DNA from: an uncultured Planctomycetaceae bacterium
GTDB taxonomy: Bacteria > Planctomycetota > Phycisphaerae > SM23-33
Reading direction: 5' to 3'
Assembly: GCA_964616985.1 (NCBI GenBank)
Contig: CAZTVF010000009.1
Coordinates: forward strand, 2,405 to 66,404
DNA: 64,000 nt
Shown: in pieces, positions 37,769-47,716 of the stretch
Layout: every line of letters starts with the position of its first letter
Numbering within the stretch: the stretch's first letter is position 1
Program-made: the position numbers and the translations under genes
The notes under the pieces: generated by a model
What the model saw: only the letters and a program-made list of their open reading frames with translations
Told to the model about the DNA's origin: nothing
Database searches by the model: none

Positions 37769-38680
37769 ATGACGTCGAATCGAAGAGTTTCCTGTAGCAT
37801 GACCCGGCAGATGCACCGCAAGGTAGGCCTCGTTCGCGAGGGCCACGTCGAGACGGTGTGCCCCAACTTCTATGTCCTCGCCCACGCCACCGGCTGCATG
37901 TTCCAGCCGCACTGCCAATACTGCTACCTGCACGACCGCAAGCAGTTCGCCGTCGGCACGGCCGCCTGCAGCGACCTGGCCCAGATGAAGGCGGAGGTCC
38001 TCGCCTGGATCGGCCGCGATGACCTGCCCAGCTACGTGCTGAACTCCGGCAACATCTCCGACAGCCTCGCCTTCGAAGATGTACGCCCGGCGATGGCCGA
38101 ACTCGTCGAGCTGTTCCGTGCCGAGGCCGAGGCGAAGTCGCGGCTGCACACGCTGCTGCTGGTGACCAAGGGCGGGCTGCACGAAATCAAGTGTCTCCTG
38201 GGCGTCAAGCCCTGCAAGAACGTCATCGTCTCGTTCTCCGTCAACACGCCCGACGCCGCCGCCCGATTCGAGGCCGGCGCCGCCACGCCGGAGGACCGCA
38301 TGGCCGCGGCCCGGCTGCTGAAGGAACTGGGCTGGCGCGTCCGCATCCGCATCGACCCGATGATCATGGGCAGCGACTACCGCGCCCTGGCCGTGCAGGT
38401 GCGGGACCTGGCCCCCGAGCGCGTGACGCTGGGCACGCTGCGGGCGGAGAAGTCGCTCGTCGAGTCGCTTGGGGCCCAGGTGCTCGCCGGCCTGGCCGAC
38501 CCCGGCAGAGACGACGGCCTGTGGCAGTATCCGCAGGCGCCGCGCCTCGCCTTGTACCGCCAGGTCGTGGACGTCCTCAAGGGCTCGGTCTCGCTGGGCC
38601 TGTGCGAAGAGTGGCCCAGCACCTGGGACGCCCTGGGCCTGGAGCGAGGCGACTTCCCCTGCAACTGCAATCACGTGTGA
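37769..38680 (+). CDS. Spore photoproduct lyase (SplB)-family radical SAM protein
   Basis: GAGGAG RBS; GCMFQPHCQYCYL, NSGNISDSLAFE, TKG, SFSVN..AARFE, DRMAAA, IRIDPMI, TLGTLR, LCEE; C-terminal CNC. Confidence 0.8.
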   Translation: MTSNRRVSCSMTRQMHRKVGLVREGHVETVCPNFYVLAHATGCMFQPHCQYCYLHDRKQFAVGTAACSDLAQMKAEVLAWIGRDDLPSYVLNSGNISDSLAFEDVRPAMAELVELFRAEAEAKSRLHTLLLVTKGGLHEIKCLLGVKPCKNVIVSFSVNTPDAAARFEAGAATPEDRMAAARLLKELGWRVRIRIDPMIMGSDYRALAVQVRDLAPERVTLGTLRAEKSLVESLGAQVLAGLADPGRDDGLWQYPQAPRLALYRQVVDVLKGSVSLGLCEEWPSTWDALGLERGDFPCNCNHV

Positions 38681-38696
38681 AGGCGAAACAAGGGTC

Positions 38697-38863
38697 CAGG
38701 TTTCAGGGTGCAGGGTATAGGGGGGAAGAGCGTTGCGAAAGCCGGCGGTCGGCAATTGCTCGCTTTTCTGCGCTGTGGAACGTCAAACATCGCTGAAAAG
38801 CGAGCAATTGCGGAGCGCCGCAGTTTGCGAAGCTCTTCCCCTATACCCTATGCCCTGAAACCT
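38697..38863. repeat. Long nested palindrome with heptamer arms
   Basis: aggtttcagggtgcagggtatagggg...ccctataccctatgccctgaaacct enclosing hairpin gcaattgctcgcttttc...gaaaagcgagcaattgc (38752-38811). Confidence 0.8.
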
Positions 38864-38959
38864 ATCCCCTCCCGCCCGAAACTCCCTTGAGTCGCGGCGG
38901 GTTTAAGGGTACGCTGGGCTTCCCGTAAATTTCCGTCCACCCATGAGAAAGGACCTACG

Positions 38960-41900
38960 ATGAAGAACCGTGCTGCACTGTCCCTCCTGGCCCTGTTCGC
39001 TGTGACGATGATCTCCCTGCCGCTGCAAGCCGCCGAAAAACCCCGCGTGCAAACCGGCGAGTTCTACGCCGTCAAGTTCGTCAAGCCGCCCGCCATCGAC
39101 GGCAAAATCGACGCCGGCGAATGGGACCGCGCCTTGATGGCCTCGGGCATGATCACCTGCTTCGAGCACTCTTACCACCAGGCCGAGACCACCATGGCCA
39201 TGGGCTACGACGACAAGAACTTCTACTTCCTGTTCAACTGCCGCCGCGGCAACAAGGAGTGGAACCTCATGAAGTCGGCCCGCTCGAACGATGATTATTC
39301 GTTCGGCGATCCCAGCATCGAGGTGTGGGTCACGCCGCCGACCATGGTGCCCGAGACCTACCAGAACATCATCAACACCTATCCCTGCGTGCTGGACAAC
39401 AAGCAGATCCCCACGCGCGGCTACACCGCCGCCGGCTGGAAGGGCACGTGGACGCTGGGTGTGACCGAGAGCGCCGCCGGCTACATCATCGAAGCCTCCA
39501 TCCCCATCAAGGACTTCGGCTTCGACACCGTCAAGAACGGCGACGTGTGGCAGTTCCTGCTGGCCCGCACCAGCCCCGGCACGCTCAGCCGCGCCCAGGC
39601 GTCGTGGGGCGTCACGCAAGGCTACGCCGAAATCCCCCAGCACCCCAAGGTGCACTTCGTCGAAGAAGAGGCCATGCTGCAGGTGTTCAGCACCATCTCG
39701 GTGCTCAGCGGCAAGTACGAGTTCCCGATGGCCGTCGTCGCGCCGGCCACCAAGGGCGCCGACGTCGAAGTCTCCATCCGCTGGCAGAAGGATGTCGTCC
39801 CCGATGACGCCGCCGACCGCATCGAAAAGCAGGAGTTCAAGCTCCAGGCCGGCGAGCGCAAGGCACTGAAGTTCTCCGGCGAGGTGACGGGCAAGGGCGT
39901 CTTCGTCATCCAGGCTCTCAACAAGACCACCGGCAACGTCGTGTTCCGTCACCCGCTGCCCTTCGATGTCGATGCCAACAGCCCCTTCGTGCCCGTCACG
40001 CCCTCGCGTCCCGCCGACGCCATCGTCAAGGAACTCTCCCTGCGGCCGCAGTACGGCCCGCAGACCAACGTGGTGCTCGTCCGGGCGGACATCTTCGACA
40101 TGCCCAACCGCAAGGATGTCGCCGCCGTGGAGATGCGACTGGTCGATCCGGCCACCAACACGGTCCTGAAGTCCCAGCCGCTGGGCAAGGTCACCGAGTG
40201 GTATTCCGACGGCATGATGTCGCTCAACGACGTCAAGGGCCTCAATATTCCGATGATCGACCTGGACGCACAGGACAAGGAACTCGAGGCGTACAAGGTT
40301 GCTTTGTACGAGTACAACCAGTCCGTCGAAAAGATCAAGCGCGAGGCCAGCAAGCAGAAGGTGGACCCCAACACCCTGATGGGCGACCTGGTCAAGCCCA
40401 AGGTGCCGGCCTACCTTGACAAGAAGGCGAAGTTTGAAAACCCCTCGGCCAAGCTGATCGTCGAGGTCGTCGCCAAGGACAAGTCCGGCGCGGTGTTGAA
40501 GACCGATTCGAACGTCGTCGAGTTCAAGCGGTACAAGGCCGCGTGGATGGACTCCAACGTGGGCGTGACCGACAAGGTGATTCCGCCCTGGACGCCCATG
40601 ACCCTCGCCGGCGACACCGTCGGCGTGTGGAACCGCAAGATGAAGCTCGACGGCATGGGCATGCTCAAGAAGATCGACAACGGCGGCATCGACCAGGTCT
40701 CTTCGATGCGGCTGGTCGCGGTTCAGGACGGCAAGGAAGTTGAAGTGCCGTCGGCCGCCGCCTCCGTCGTCAAGCAGGTCGAGAACCGCATCGACCTCAA
40801 GGGCCAGGCCAAGGCCGCGGGCCTGGTCTTGTCTACCAAGACCACCACCGAGTTCGACGGCTACGTGCTCAACGAGCTGACCATCGCCCCCGAGGCCGGC
40901 AGCACGAAGGTCGATAACCTGTTCCTGGAGGTCGTGCTGCCTGAGGCCGAGGCCACGCACTTCTGCTCCACCGCCGGCGGGTGGTCGGCCATTCACGATG
41001 TCACCCCCGCCTACTGGACCAGCAAGACGACGGCCAGCGGCATGCTGCTGAGCAACTTCGTGCCGTACGTCTGGCTGACCAACTCGGAGCGCGCGTTCGT
41101 GTGGTTCGCCGACAGCGACAAGGGCTGGATCACGGACGACACGAAGGAAAAGCCGACCATCGAAGTGACCCGCAAGGACGGCAAGGTCACGCTGCGGGTG
41201 CACTTCATCGAAGTTTCCTCCGAGATCAGTGCCCCCCGCACGCTGACGTACGGCTACCAGACCTTCCCGTCTCGCCCGCTGCCGGCGGGGTGGCGCACGA
41301 TCATCTGCGGCAACGGCACGGCCAACCTGCCCAACGCCCGCAACACCTACTTCTGGACCGACGCTGACTGGGCCGTCCTCTGGCCGTACTACTGCAGCCC
41401 CTTCCCCTGGAGCATGCAGAAGTCGAAGGAAACCTTCGACCGCGTCCCGGCCGATTCGATCCACCGCCCGCTGGTGGGTTCGATCGCGCACTCGATCGGC
41501 CGCTATGGCACGTATGGCAACGCGTACTTCCCCGAGCTGGCGGTTGACTGGGGCGCGACGCCCGGCCAGATCGGCAACTCGGACGTCACCAACAGCCCGG
41601 TTCCCAACAACTTCCGCCTGTGGTTCCTGCAGCGGTGGGTTCGCGAGGCTGGCTACCGCGGCATGTACGTGGACGAGAATTACCTCGCCCTGGAAGACAA
41701 CTACATCACCGGCAACGCCTACTACCGCCCGCAGGACAACAAGCTGCAGCGGGCATATTCGTACATCGGGCAGCGCGACTACTTCAAGCGCTTCAAGACC
41801 ATGCTGTACGAGAACAAGGTCCCCAGCCCCAACCTCTGGCAGCACATCACGGGCGGCAGCTCGTATTTCTCGTGGTTCGGCGACATCTTCTACGAAGGCG

Positions 41901-43087
41901 AGAACGTCGAGCCCACCGACCTGAACTTCGATTATATGGAAGTGCTTCCCGCCGGCCGCATGCGGGCTATCGGCTCGGCCCCCTGCTCGGGCGGCGCCAT
42001 GACCATGATGTACCAGGCCGGCCGCCATGCGACCGTCCACGAAGCCAAGCACTACCACCAGTTCCTGGGCTGGGTCATCGCGCATGACATCATCCCCGAG
42101 CAGGTCAACCTGTACAACGTGATGGCCCAGGAAAGCCGCCTCTACCAGGACGACGTGAAGTTCCTGCCCTACTGGAAGAGCGACACGGGCCTGTCGACCA
42201 AGACGGCCGACTGCATCGTCTCCGGCCACAAGGCCGGCAAGCGGGTCATCGCGTGGGTGGTCAACACCGCCCGCAAGGATGCGACGGTCGAGGTGGCCGT
42301 GGACCTGGGCAAGCTGGGCCTGGACAAGGCCAAGACCATCGCCATCGACGCCGAGACGGGCAAGCCGGTGGCGCTGTCGGCCACGGGCTTCACCGTGCCC
42401 GTGCTGCAGCGCGACTTCGTGGCCGTGCACCTGATCGAGGTGCAGAACCTCGCCCCCAACCAGACGCTGTACGCGTCGTTCGACAAGGGCAACGAGGCCG
42501 AAGAGGCGTTCGGCAACGGCGTGATCGTCGCCACCAAGGGCCGCGACGCCAATATCCCGGCCTTCACGATCATCGACGGCGCCAAGGGCAAGGCCATCTC
42601 CGCCCCCGGCGGGCTGGACCTCTGGACGCACCTGCACCTGACGGACACCGCGGGCAAGATCACCTTCCAGGGCATGTACAGCGAGAAGTTCAACGGCGAA
42701 CTGCTGAGCTTCGGCCCCCTCAAGGCGATGGTCCAGCGGAGCAAGAACCCCAAGGCCGGCCGCGAGCTGGTCTTCATGAAGGAAGTCGTCCTGCCGGCGG
42801 AGCCCAATGCCGATCCAAAGAAGCCCCGCAAGACGCAGTGGGTCGGCGAGGCCGTCATCAATGCGGCCGAAGGCTGGCACGAGTATGAACTCAGCTGGTC
42901 CGACGGCAAGATCTCGCTGAAGGTCGACGGCAATCTCGCCGGCGAGCATGAAATCCCCGCCAATCAGCAGGGCGTCGTCACGCTGGGTATTCCCACCAAG
43001 CCCGGCAAGGAGGCGGCCAACTTCAGCCACGTCATGTTCAAGTTCGAAGGCCTGGACGAACTGAAGTGCTTCCGCACGGCCAAGTAA
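38960..43087 (+). CDS. Large secreted glycoside hydrolase-like protein (CBM9-like, DUF6067/GH123-like barrel, C-terminal LamG-like)
   Basis: Signal peptide; PPAIDGKIDAGEW, GYDDKNFY; DKVIPPWTPM; RGMYVDE; FLPYW; GWHEYELSWSDGKISLKVDG. Confidence 0.75.
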   Translation: MKNRAALSLLALFAVTMISLPLQAAEKPRVQTGEFYAVKFVKPPAIDGKIDAGEWDRALMASGMITCFEHSYHQAETTMAMGYDDKNFYFLFNCRRGNKEWNLMKSARSNDDYSFGDPSIEVWVTPPTMVPETYQNIINTYPCVLDNKQIPTRGYTAAGWKGTWTLGVTESAAGYIIEASIPIKDFGFDTVKNGDVWQFLLARTSPGTLSRAQASWGVTQGYAEIPQHPKVHFVEEEAMLQVFSTISVLSGKYEFPMAVVAPATKGADVEVSIRWQKDVVPDDAADRIEKQEFKLQAGERKALKFSGEVTGKGVFVIQALNKTTGNVVFRHPLPFDVDANSPFVPVTPSRPADAIVKELSLRPQYGPQTNVVLVRADIFDMPNRKDVAAVEMRLVDPATNTVLKSQPLGKVTEWYSDGMMSLNDVKGLNIPMIDLDAQDKELEAYKVALYEYNQSVEKIKREASKQKVDPNTLMGDLVKPKVPAYLDKKAKFENPSAKLIVEVVAKDKSGAVLKTDSNVVEFKRYKAAWMDSNVGVTDKVIPPWTPMTLAGDTVGVWNRKMKLDGMGMLKKIDNGGIDQVSSMRLVAVQDGKEVEVPSAAASVVKQVENRIDLKGQAKAAGLVLSTKTTTEFDGYVLNELTIAPEAGSTKVDNLFLEVVLPEAEATHFCSTAGGWSAIHDVTPAYWTSKTTASGMLLSNFVPYVWLTNSERAFVWFADSDKGWITDDTKEKPTIEVTRKDGKVTLRVHFIEVSSEISAPRTLTYGYQTFPSRPLPAGWRTIICGNGTANLPNARNTYFWTDADWAVLWPYYCSPFPWSMQKSKETFDRVPADSIHRPLVGSIAHSIGRYGTYGNAYFPELAVDWGATPGQIGNSDVTNSPVPNNFRLWFLQRWVREAGYRGMYVDENYLALEDNYITGNAYYRPQDNKLQRAYSYIGQRDYFKRFKTMLYENKVPSPNLWQHITGGSSYFSWFGDIFYEGENVEPTDLNFDYMEVLPAGRMRAIGSAPCSGGAMTMMYQAGRHATVHEAKHYHQFLGWVIAHDIIPEQVNLYNVMAQESRLYQDDVKFLPYWKSDTGLSTKTADCIVSGHKAGKRVIAWVVNTARKDATVEVAVDLGKLGLDKAKTIAIDAETGKPVALSATGFTVPVLQRDFVAVHLIEVQNLAPNQTLYASFDKGNEAEEAFGNGVIVATKGRDANIPAFTIIDGAKGKAISAPGGLDLWTHLHLTDTAGKITFQGMYSEKFNGELLSFGPLKAMVQRSKNPKAGRELVFMKEVVLPAEPNADPKKPRKTQWVGEAVINAAEGWHEYELSWSDGKISLKVDGNLAGEHEIPANQQGVVTLGIPTKPGKEAANFSHVMFKFEGLDELKCFRTAK

Positions 43088-43110
43088 GTCGTTCTCGATA
43101 GTCGCACAAC

Positions 43111-43146
43111 CAAGACCCGCGGATTCGTCCGCGGGTCTTGTTCTTT
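43111..43146 (+). terminator. Rho-independent terminator
   Basis: caagacccgcgga-ttcg-tccgcgggtcttg followed by ttcttt. Confidence 0.8.
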
Positions 43147-43253
43147 ATGCGGTTTGTGGCGGCGCCGCAAAAGCGTTCGCATGGGTCCGTGTCGCGCAAG
43201 AATTGCCCGGTAACTGTGCCCGGGCACACATGCTTTGGGGTAGGGGTCTCTAG

Positions 43254-43409
43254 CATGTCAGCCCACGGCGGAAGCCGTGGGGTCCGAGGTAAAAACGTTC
43301 TCTTGAGCCCCGGCCAGGGGCGACACAAAGGCGCGCCTGTGCCGCCCCTGACGGGGCTATGGAAGAACAACGCATCGTGGCCCCATGGCTTCCGCCATGG
43401 GCTGACATG
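43254..43409. repeat. REP-doublet-like palindrome (RAYT/IS200-associated type)
   Basis: catgtcagcccacggcggaagccgtggg...agccccggccaggggcgaca...gccgcccctgacggggct...cccatggcttccgccatgggctgacatg. Confidence 0.8.
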
Positions 43410-43574
43410 TTTGCGCTGACATGTTTGTGACGATTCGCGCGGGGGATCGCCACACGAAAGACACCCAGCAGATGTTGCCAAACACTTCGAGTGCACCCGG
43501 TTCGCATGAGACAGACTTCGGATATCGCTCGCCCATCTGCGGCGTGTTATATTGGCCCCCATTGAGGTGAAACC

Positions 43575-44378
43575 ATGAACGCCAGTCTCCTGGTCGTGAC
43601 GCTGATGGTCCTTTCCCTGGTCGTGTGCGCCGGCGGCTGTTCGCAGGCCGCCGCCCCCAAGACCGCCCCCGAGCCCAAGGTCATCGTCACGTGCAGCTGG
43701 GACGACGGCAGCCGCAATGACGTCCGCCTCATCGAGATCCTGCACAAGTACAACGCCCGCGGCACGTTCTTCATCTATCCCGTCAACTACGTGCTGCTGG
43801 AGAAGGAAGGCAACGACGTCGCCTTGAAGGTCGACGCGTGGCTGATCGCCCCGCACAGTCGCTTCGTCGAGACGTACAGCCGCTACGACGGCATCGAGGT
43901 GGGGGCGCACGGCTACCACCACCCCGACATGCGCAAGCTCGATGCCAACAACCTGCGGTACGAGCTCACCGAGTCCAAGCGCGTGCTAGAGGCGTGGTTC
44001 AAGCGGCCGGTGGTGGGCATGGCCTACCCCTTCGGCGCCAGTGACGCCAACGTCGAGGCCGCCGTCAAGGCCGCGGGCTTCACCTACGCTCGCAGCGTCA
44101 GCAAGTCCAAGAACGTCTACCCCGTCGCCAACCCCCTGGCCCTGCAGACCTCGCTGCATTTCCAGGACTCCGGCTTCTGGCAGGAGTTCGCCCGCGTCAA
44201 GGCCGAGGGCGGCGTGTTCTACTTCTGGGGCCACAGCCACGAGATCAAGACCGAGGAGCAGTGGCAGCAGTTCGAGGCCACCATCGCCAAGCTCTCCGCC
44301 GATCCGGACGTCAAGTGGGTCACCAACGCCGAACTGATTTCTGGCAAGGTGAAGGTCCCGGAGAAGAGCAGCCGGTGA
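43575..44378 (+). CDS. Polysaccharide deacetylase family (CE4) lipoprotein
   Basis: Lipobox-like AGGC; SWDDG, EVGAHGYHHP, MAYPFG, FYFWGHSHE. Confidence 0.9.
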   Translation: MNASLLVVTLMVLSLVVCAGGCSQAAAPKTAPEPKVIVTCSWDDGSRNDVRLIEILHKYNARGTFFIYPVNYVLLEKEGNDVALKVDAWLIAPHSRFVETYSRYDGIEVGAHGYHHPDMRKLDANNLRYELTESKRVLEAWFKRPVVGMAYPFGASDANVEAAVKAAGFTYARSVSKSKNVYPVANPLALQTSLHFQDSGFWQEFARVKAEGGVFYFWGHSHEIKTEEQWQQFEATIAKLSADPDVKWVTNAELISGKVKVPEKSSR

Positions 44379-44407
44379 GTGGGCGGACGGGGAGATGTTT
44401 TGTTTTA

Positions 44408-44450
44408 CCCCTCGCGGGAGAGGGTGGCCCGCAGGGCCGGGTGAGGGGGC
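44408..44450. repeat. Short palindromic intergenic repeat (GGGAGAGGG...GGGTGAGGG type)
   Basis: cccctcgcgggagagggtggcccgcagggccgggtgagggg. Confidence 0.55.
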
Positions 44451-44637
44451 CGCTCGTTACCCGCCTTCCATCGATCGCCAGTTCCTTTTTTTCAGACATG
44501 CTTTTGGCCCTGCGGGCCTAAAAGCATGGCCCCCGCGCGACTCCGTTGCCCGCGCGAGCGATTGAAAAACCCGAGCGGAACAGGATAATGGCCGAGTCCC
44601 CGTGCCTGCCCCGATGTGTCTACAACAGGAGAATCTC

Positions 44638-46461
44638 ATGAAGGCCCTCAAGACCCTCGTCGCCTGCTTCGTCCTCTTTGCATCGTTCGCCGCCGCGCGT
44701 GCGGGCGTGGTGGCCCAGACGCCCGAGGGCGGCTTCAAGGCCACGGGCAAGACGTACACGCTCGTCGTGGCCAAGAACGGCGACGTGAAGTCGTGGACGG
44801 TCGAAGGCGTCGAACTGCTCAGCAGCGACCCCAACAAGCCCACGCGGTTCCCGTCGGCCGGCGGGGCCAAGTCCGTCGAGAACGCGGGCGACAAGGTCGT
44901 CGCCGTGGATGGCAACGTGCGCGTGGAGTTTGAATTCGTCGAAGACGGCTTCACCTTCACCACCGAGGGCGGCTCGATCGATTGGTACATGGGCAAGGCG
45001 CTCACGGCCAGCATTCAGCGTGACGGCGCGGCCCTGCCGGCATCCAGCGGGGCGGGCAACGTCGTGAAGGTGGTCGCCAGCAAGACGGCCTTCACCGTCA
45101 GCCAGGGCTTCCACCTGATGGGCGGCAAGTTCCTTCCCTCGCACCTGCTGGACAACGGCAAGCCGGAGAAGAAGTTCACCTGCCGCGTGACGTGCGGGGT
45201 GAAGGTCGAGCCCATCGAGCTGCTGTCGATCAGCGGCATCGACGGGGCGGGCGTCAAGAGCGGCCTGATGCCGATGATCGCCGCGGGCCAGACGGCAAAG
45301 ATCATCCTCAAACTCCGCAACCTGGGCGAGACGGCGGTGACGGCGACGGCCCAGTTCACCGTGACCGATCACCCGGTGAACCCCCGCACGATCGACAACA
45401 GGTCGATCCCCGTGAAGCTCGCCGGCGGCGAGAGCAACGTGCCGATCCTGTACGAGCTGTCGCCCAAGGAGCCGGGCATCTACTGGATCAAGGCCGACAT
45501 CCTGAGCGACGACAAGCCCGTCAAAGGCACGCGGATCTGCGTGGTGTACGACGCGAACAACTATCGCCCCGCGCTGACGCGCCCGGCCGATTTCGCCGAA
45601 TTCTGGGCCGGCAAGCTCAAGGAGATGCGGGCCGTGCCGTTTGAGGCGAACCTCGTCGAGGACGCCAAGAGCGGCAACGAGCGGTTCATCCACTACACGC
45701 TGGAGATCAACGTCGCCAAGGGCAAACGGATCACGACGTTCCTCCGCGCGCCGCGCAGCGGCGTCACGCACGACGCCGAAGTGTTCACGCACTGGGGCAC
45801 CACGCAGGGCGAGAAGCTGATGGGCGAGATAACCAAGGCCGAGAAGCAGCCCGCCGGGGCGGGCATGTGGCAGCGCGGCGGCGACCGCATCCGCGTGGGC
45901 GCGCCCCAGCCCGACGACAGCACCTACAAGCGGTGGAACGGGCGCGACGACAACAACTGCCTCGACTCATACCTGCTGAACGTCCGCATGGCCGATTACC
46001 TGCGGACGATGAAGGACGTCGAGCGGATATGGCTGTTCGGCGGCAGCCGCTCGGGCGCCAGCATGCTGACGGCGGCGGCGCTGTCGCCGGAGAAAGTGGT
46101 GGCGGTGAACGTGCACGTGCCCACGTGCTGCGGCCTGAGCTGGGCGGATCATCCGTATGCGGGGTGGGGCGCGCCGCCGGCCAGGACGCCCGAGGGGCTC
46201 AAGGTGGCGGCGTACTTCGACCCGGTGAACTTCGCCCCCGACCTGGTCGTGCCGCTGGTGGTGGACGGCGGGGCGACCGACGGGCTGGCGCCCGCCTCGG
46301 GGATCCTGGCCTTGTGCAACTGGGCCGACAAGGCGCCCTTCCGCCGCTGCGCGATCAACCAGGGCGGGCACGGTTTCTTCCCGCCCGAGCCCCGCGCCGC
46401 CATGGAGGCCGACCTGGCCGAGTTCCTGCACATGGCCCCGCCACCGCCGGCGAAGAAGTGA
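44638..46461 (+). CDS. Secreted alpha/beta hydrolase, acetylxylan esterase (AXE1/CE7)-like C-terminal domain
   Basis: AGGAG RBS; signal peptide; RPADFAEFW, GGSRSG nucleophile elbow, YFDPVNFA, D and GH catalytic residues. Confidence 0.8.
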   Translation: MKALKTLVACFVLFASFAAARAGVVAQTPEGGFKATGKTYTLVVAKNGDVKSWTVEGVELLSSDPNKPTRFPSAGGAKSVENAGDKVVAVDGNVRVEFEFVEDGFTFTTEGGSIDWYMGKALTASIQRDGAALPASSGAGNVVKVVASKTAFTVSQGFHLMGGKFLPSHLLDNGKPEKKFTCRVTCGVKVEPIELLSISGIDGAGVKSGLMPMIAAGQTAKIILKLRNLGETAVTATAQFTVTDHPVNPRTIDNRSIPVKLAGGESNVPILYELSPKEPGIYWIKADILSDDKPVKGTRICVVYDANNYRPALTRPADFAEFWAGKLKEMRAVPFEANLVEDAKSGNERFIHYTLEINVAKGKRITTFLRAPRSGVTHDAEVFTHWGTTQGEKLMGEITKAEKQPAGAGMWQRGGDRIRVGAPQPDDSTYKRWNGRDDNNCLDSYLLNVRMADYLRTMKDVERIWLFGGSRSGASMLTAAALSPEKVVAVNVHVPTCCGLSWADHPYAGWGAPPARTPEGLKVAAYFDPVNFAPDLVVPLVVDGGATDGLAPASGILALCNWADKAPFRRCAINQGGHGFFPPEPRAAMEADLAEFLHMAPPPPAKK

Positions 46462-46467
46462 TGGGCC

Positions 46468-47709
46468 TCAGAATTTCTCGACGGGGCGGACCTTGTAGGT
46501 GCTCGTGCTGTCGATGAGGACGGGGTCCTTGCCGCTGCTGATGTTCACGTCCTGGTGAACGTCGCTGCCGTCGGTGACCGAGATGCTCTTGGCCATCACC
46601 GCGCCGTAGAACTGCGAGTAGTCGTCGATCAGCACGCCGGCATTGGGCGAGAGGATCACCCCTTCGACCACCGCCGAGTCCAACACCACGTTGGCCGTGC
46701 CAAGATTGATGAACTGCAGCCGCGACAGGTTCGCGCCGTTCACCACGCAGTCGGCATTGCCCCAGACGGTCAGCCCGCCCTTGTGGTAGAGCTTCAGCGA
46801 TGCCCCCGGCAGAACCTCAAGCCACGTGCTGCTGTCGTGGATGCTGACGGTTCCCTCCACCAGGATCGTCACGTTGCCCTGGATCTGCACGCGGGCGCTG
46901 TGCTTGATCTCCAGGCTGTTAAGGTGGAGATTGCCGCTGATGACATCCGTCCCGGAGCCCGAGAACTTCAGGTTCCCGATGCTGGGCCCAAGGTTCGTCG
47001 GGGCCGCGGGGGCCACCATCGGCTGCGCAGTCGATAGCGTGGTCCTGGCGCCGGTGATGGTGCTGACGGAATCCTTGTAGATCGCCGTGCTCGTGTTGCC
47101 GCCGGGGCCGATGGCCACCGAGCCCTTCACGACGCCGAAGTCGGTCACCTGCACCACTTGTGACGACGTCGCGTTGGTTGAGACCGTGGCGGCGGACCCA
47201 ACGTTGGTGCCGCCGTAGCCACCCTTGCTGGAATCGTAGCTGTCGATCCGTGAGCCCCAACCATCGACCCGGACGCTCGTGGCGGCGATGACGCCCCTGG
47301 CCATCGCCGTCGCCGCGGGGGTGACCACGGCCTGGAGCGTCACCGAGGCCCCGCTGACGGTGCCCGTGGCGGTCAGGGTGACGGCGCTGGAGGCGCCCGC
47401 GCCGACGTCCGCGCTGAGGGTGCACTTGCCGCCGGCGAGGTTGGCGTCCTGAACCCACACGCCCGACGACCAGTTGCTTCGCCAGTCCGCGTGCGTCTTG
47501 ATGTACTGCACGGCCAGGTTCAACCCCGACGCAGCCACCGCGCGGGCCTGCTCGCGATGCACGACGTTGGAGGCCATCTGCCCCGAGGTGCCCATCGCCG
47601 CCGTCAAGCCGAAGGCCATGACCACCACCGTGGCGATGACGGTCAACACCAGCAGCATCGCAATGCCCCGGCGGCGATTTCGGTTATGGGTTCGTGTGTT
47701 CATCGGCAT
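46468..47709 (-). CDS. PilX-like minor (pseudo)pilin with C-terminal beta-helical adhesin-like domain
   Basis: RRRG|IAMLLVL, QARAVAASGLNLA; IDSYDS, GVILSPNA, GAVMAKSI. Confidence 0.75.
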   Translation of the reverse strand: MPMNTRTHNRNRRRGIAMLLVLTVIATVVVMAFGLTAAMGTSGQMASNVVHREQARAVAASGLNLAVQYIKTHADWRSNWSSGVWVQDANLAGGKCTLSADVGAGASSAVTLTATGTVSGASVTLQAVVTPAATAMARGVIAATSVRVDGWGSRIDSYDSSKGGYGGTNVGSAATVSTNATSSQVVQVTDFGVVKGSVAIGPGGNTSTAIYKDSVSTITGARTTLSTAQPMVAPAAPTNLGPSIGNLKFSGSGTDVISGNLHLNSLEIKHSARVQIQGNVTILVEGTVSIHDSSTWLEVLPGASLKLYHKGGLTVWGNADCVVNGANLSRLQFINLGTANVVLDSAVVEGVILSPNAGVLIDDYSQFYGAVMAKSISVTDGSDVHQDVNISSGKDPVLIDSTSTYKVRPVEKF

Positions 47710-47716
47710 GGTCTGC

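Noticed and set aside
38903-43030. 1375-aa minus-strand ORF
   Set aside because: Antisense shadow of the secreted GH-like gene.
43254-43409. Autonomous IS200/IS605 or RAYT element
   Set aside because: Palindromic ends only; no transposase ORF nearby.
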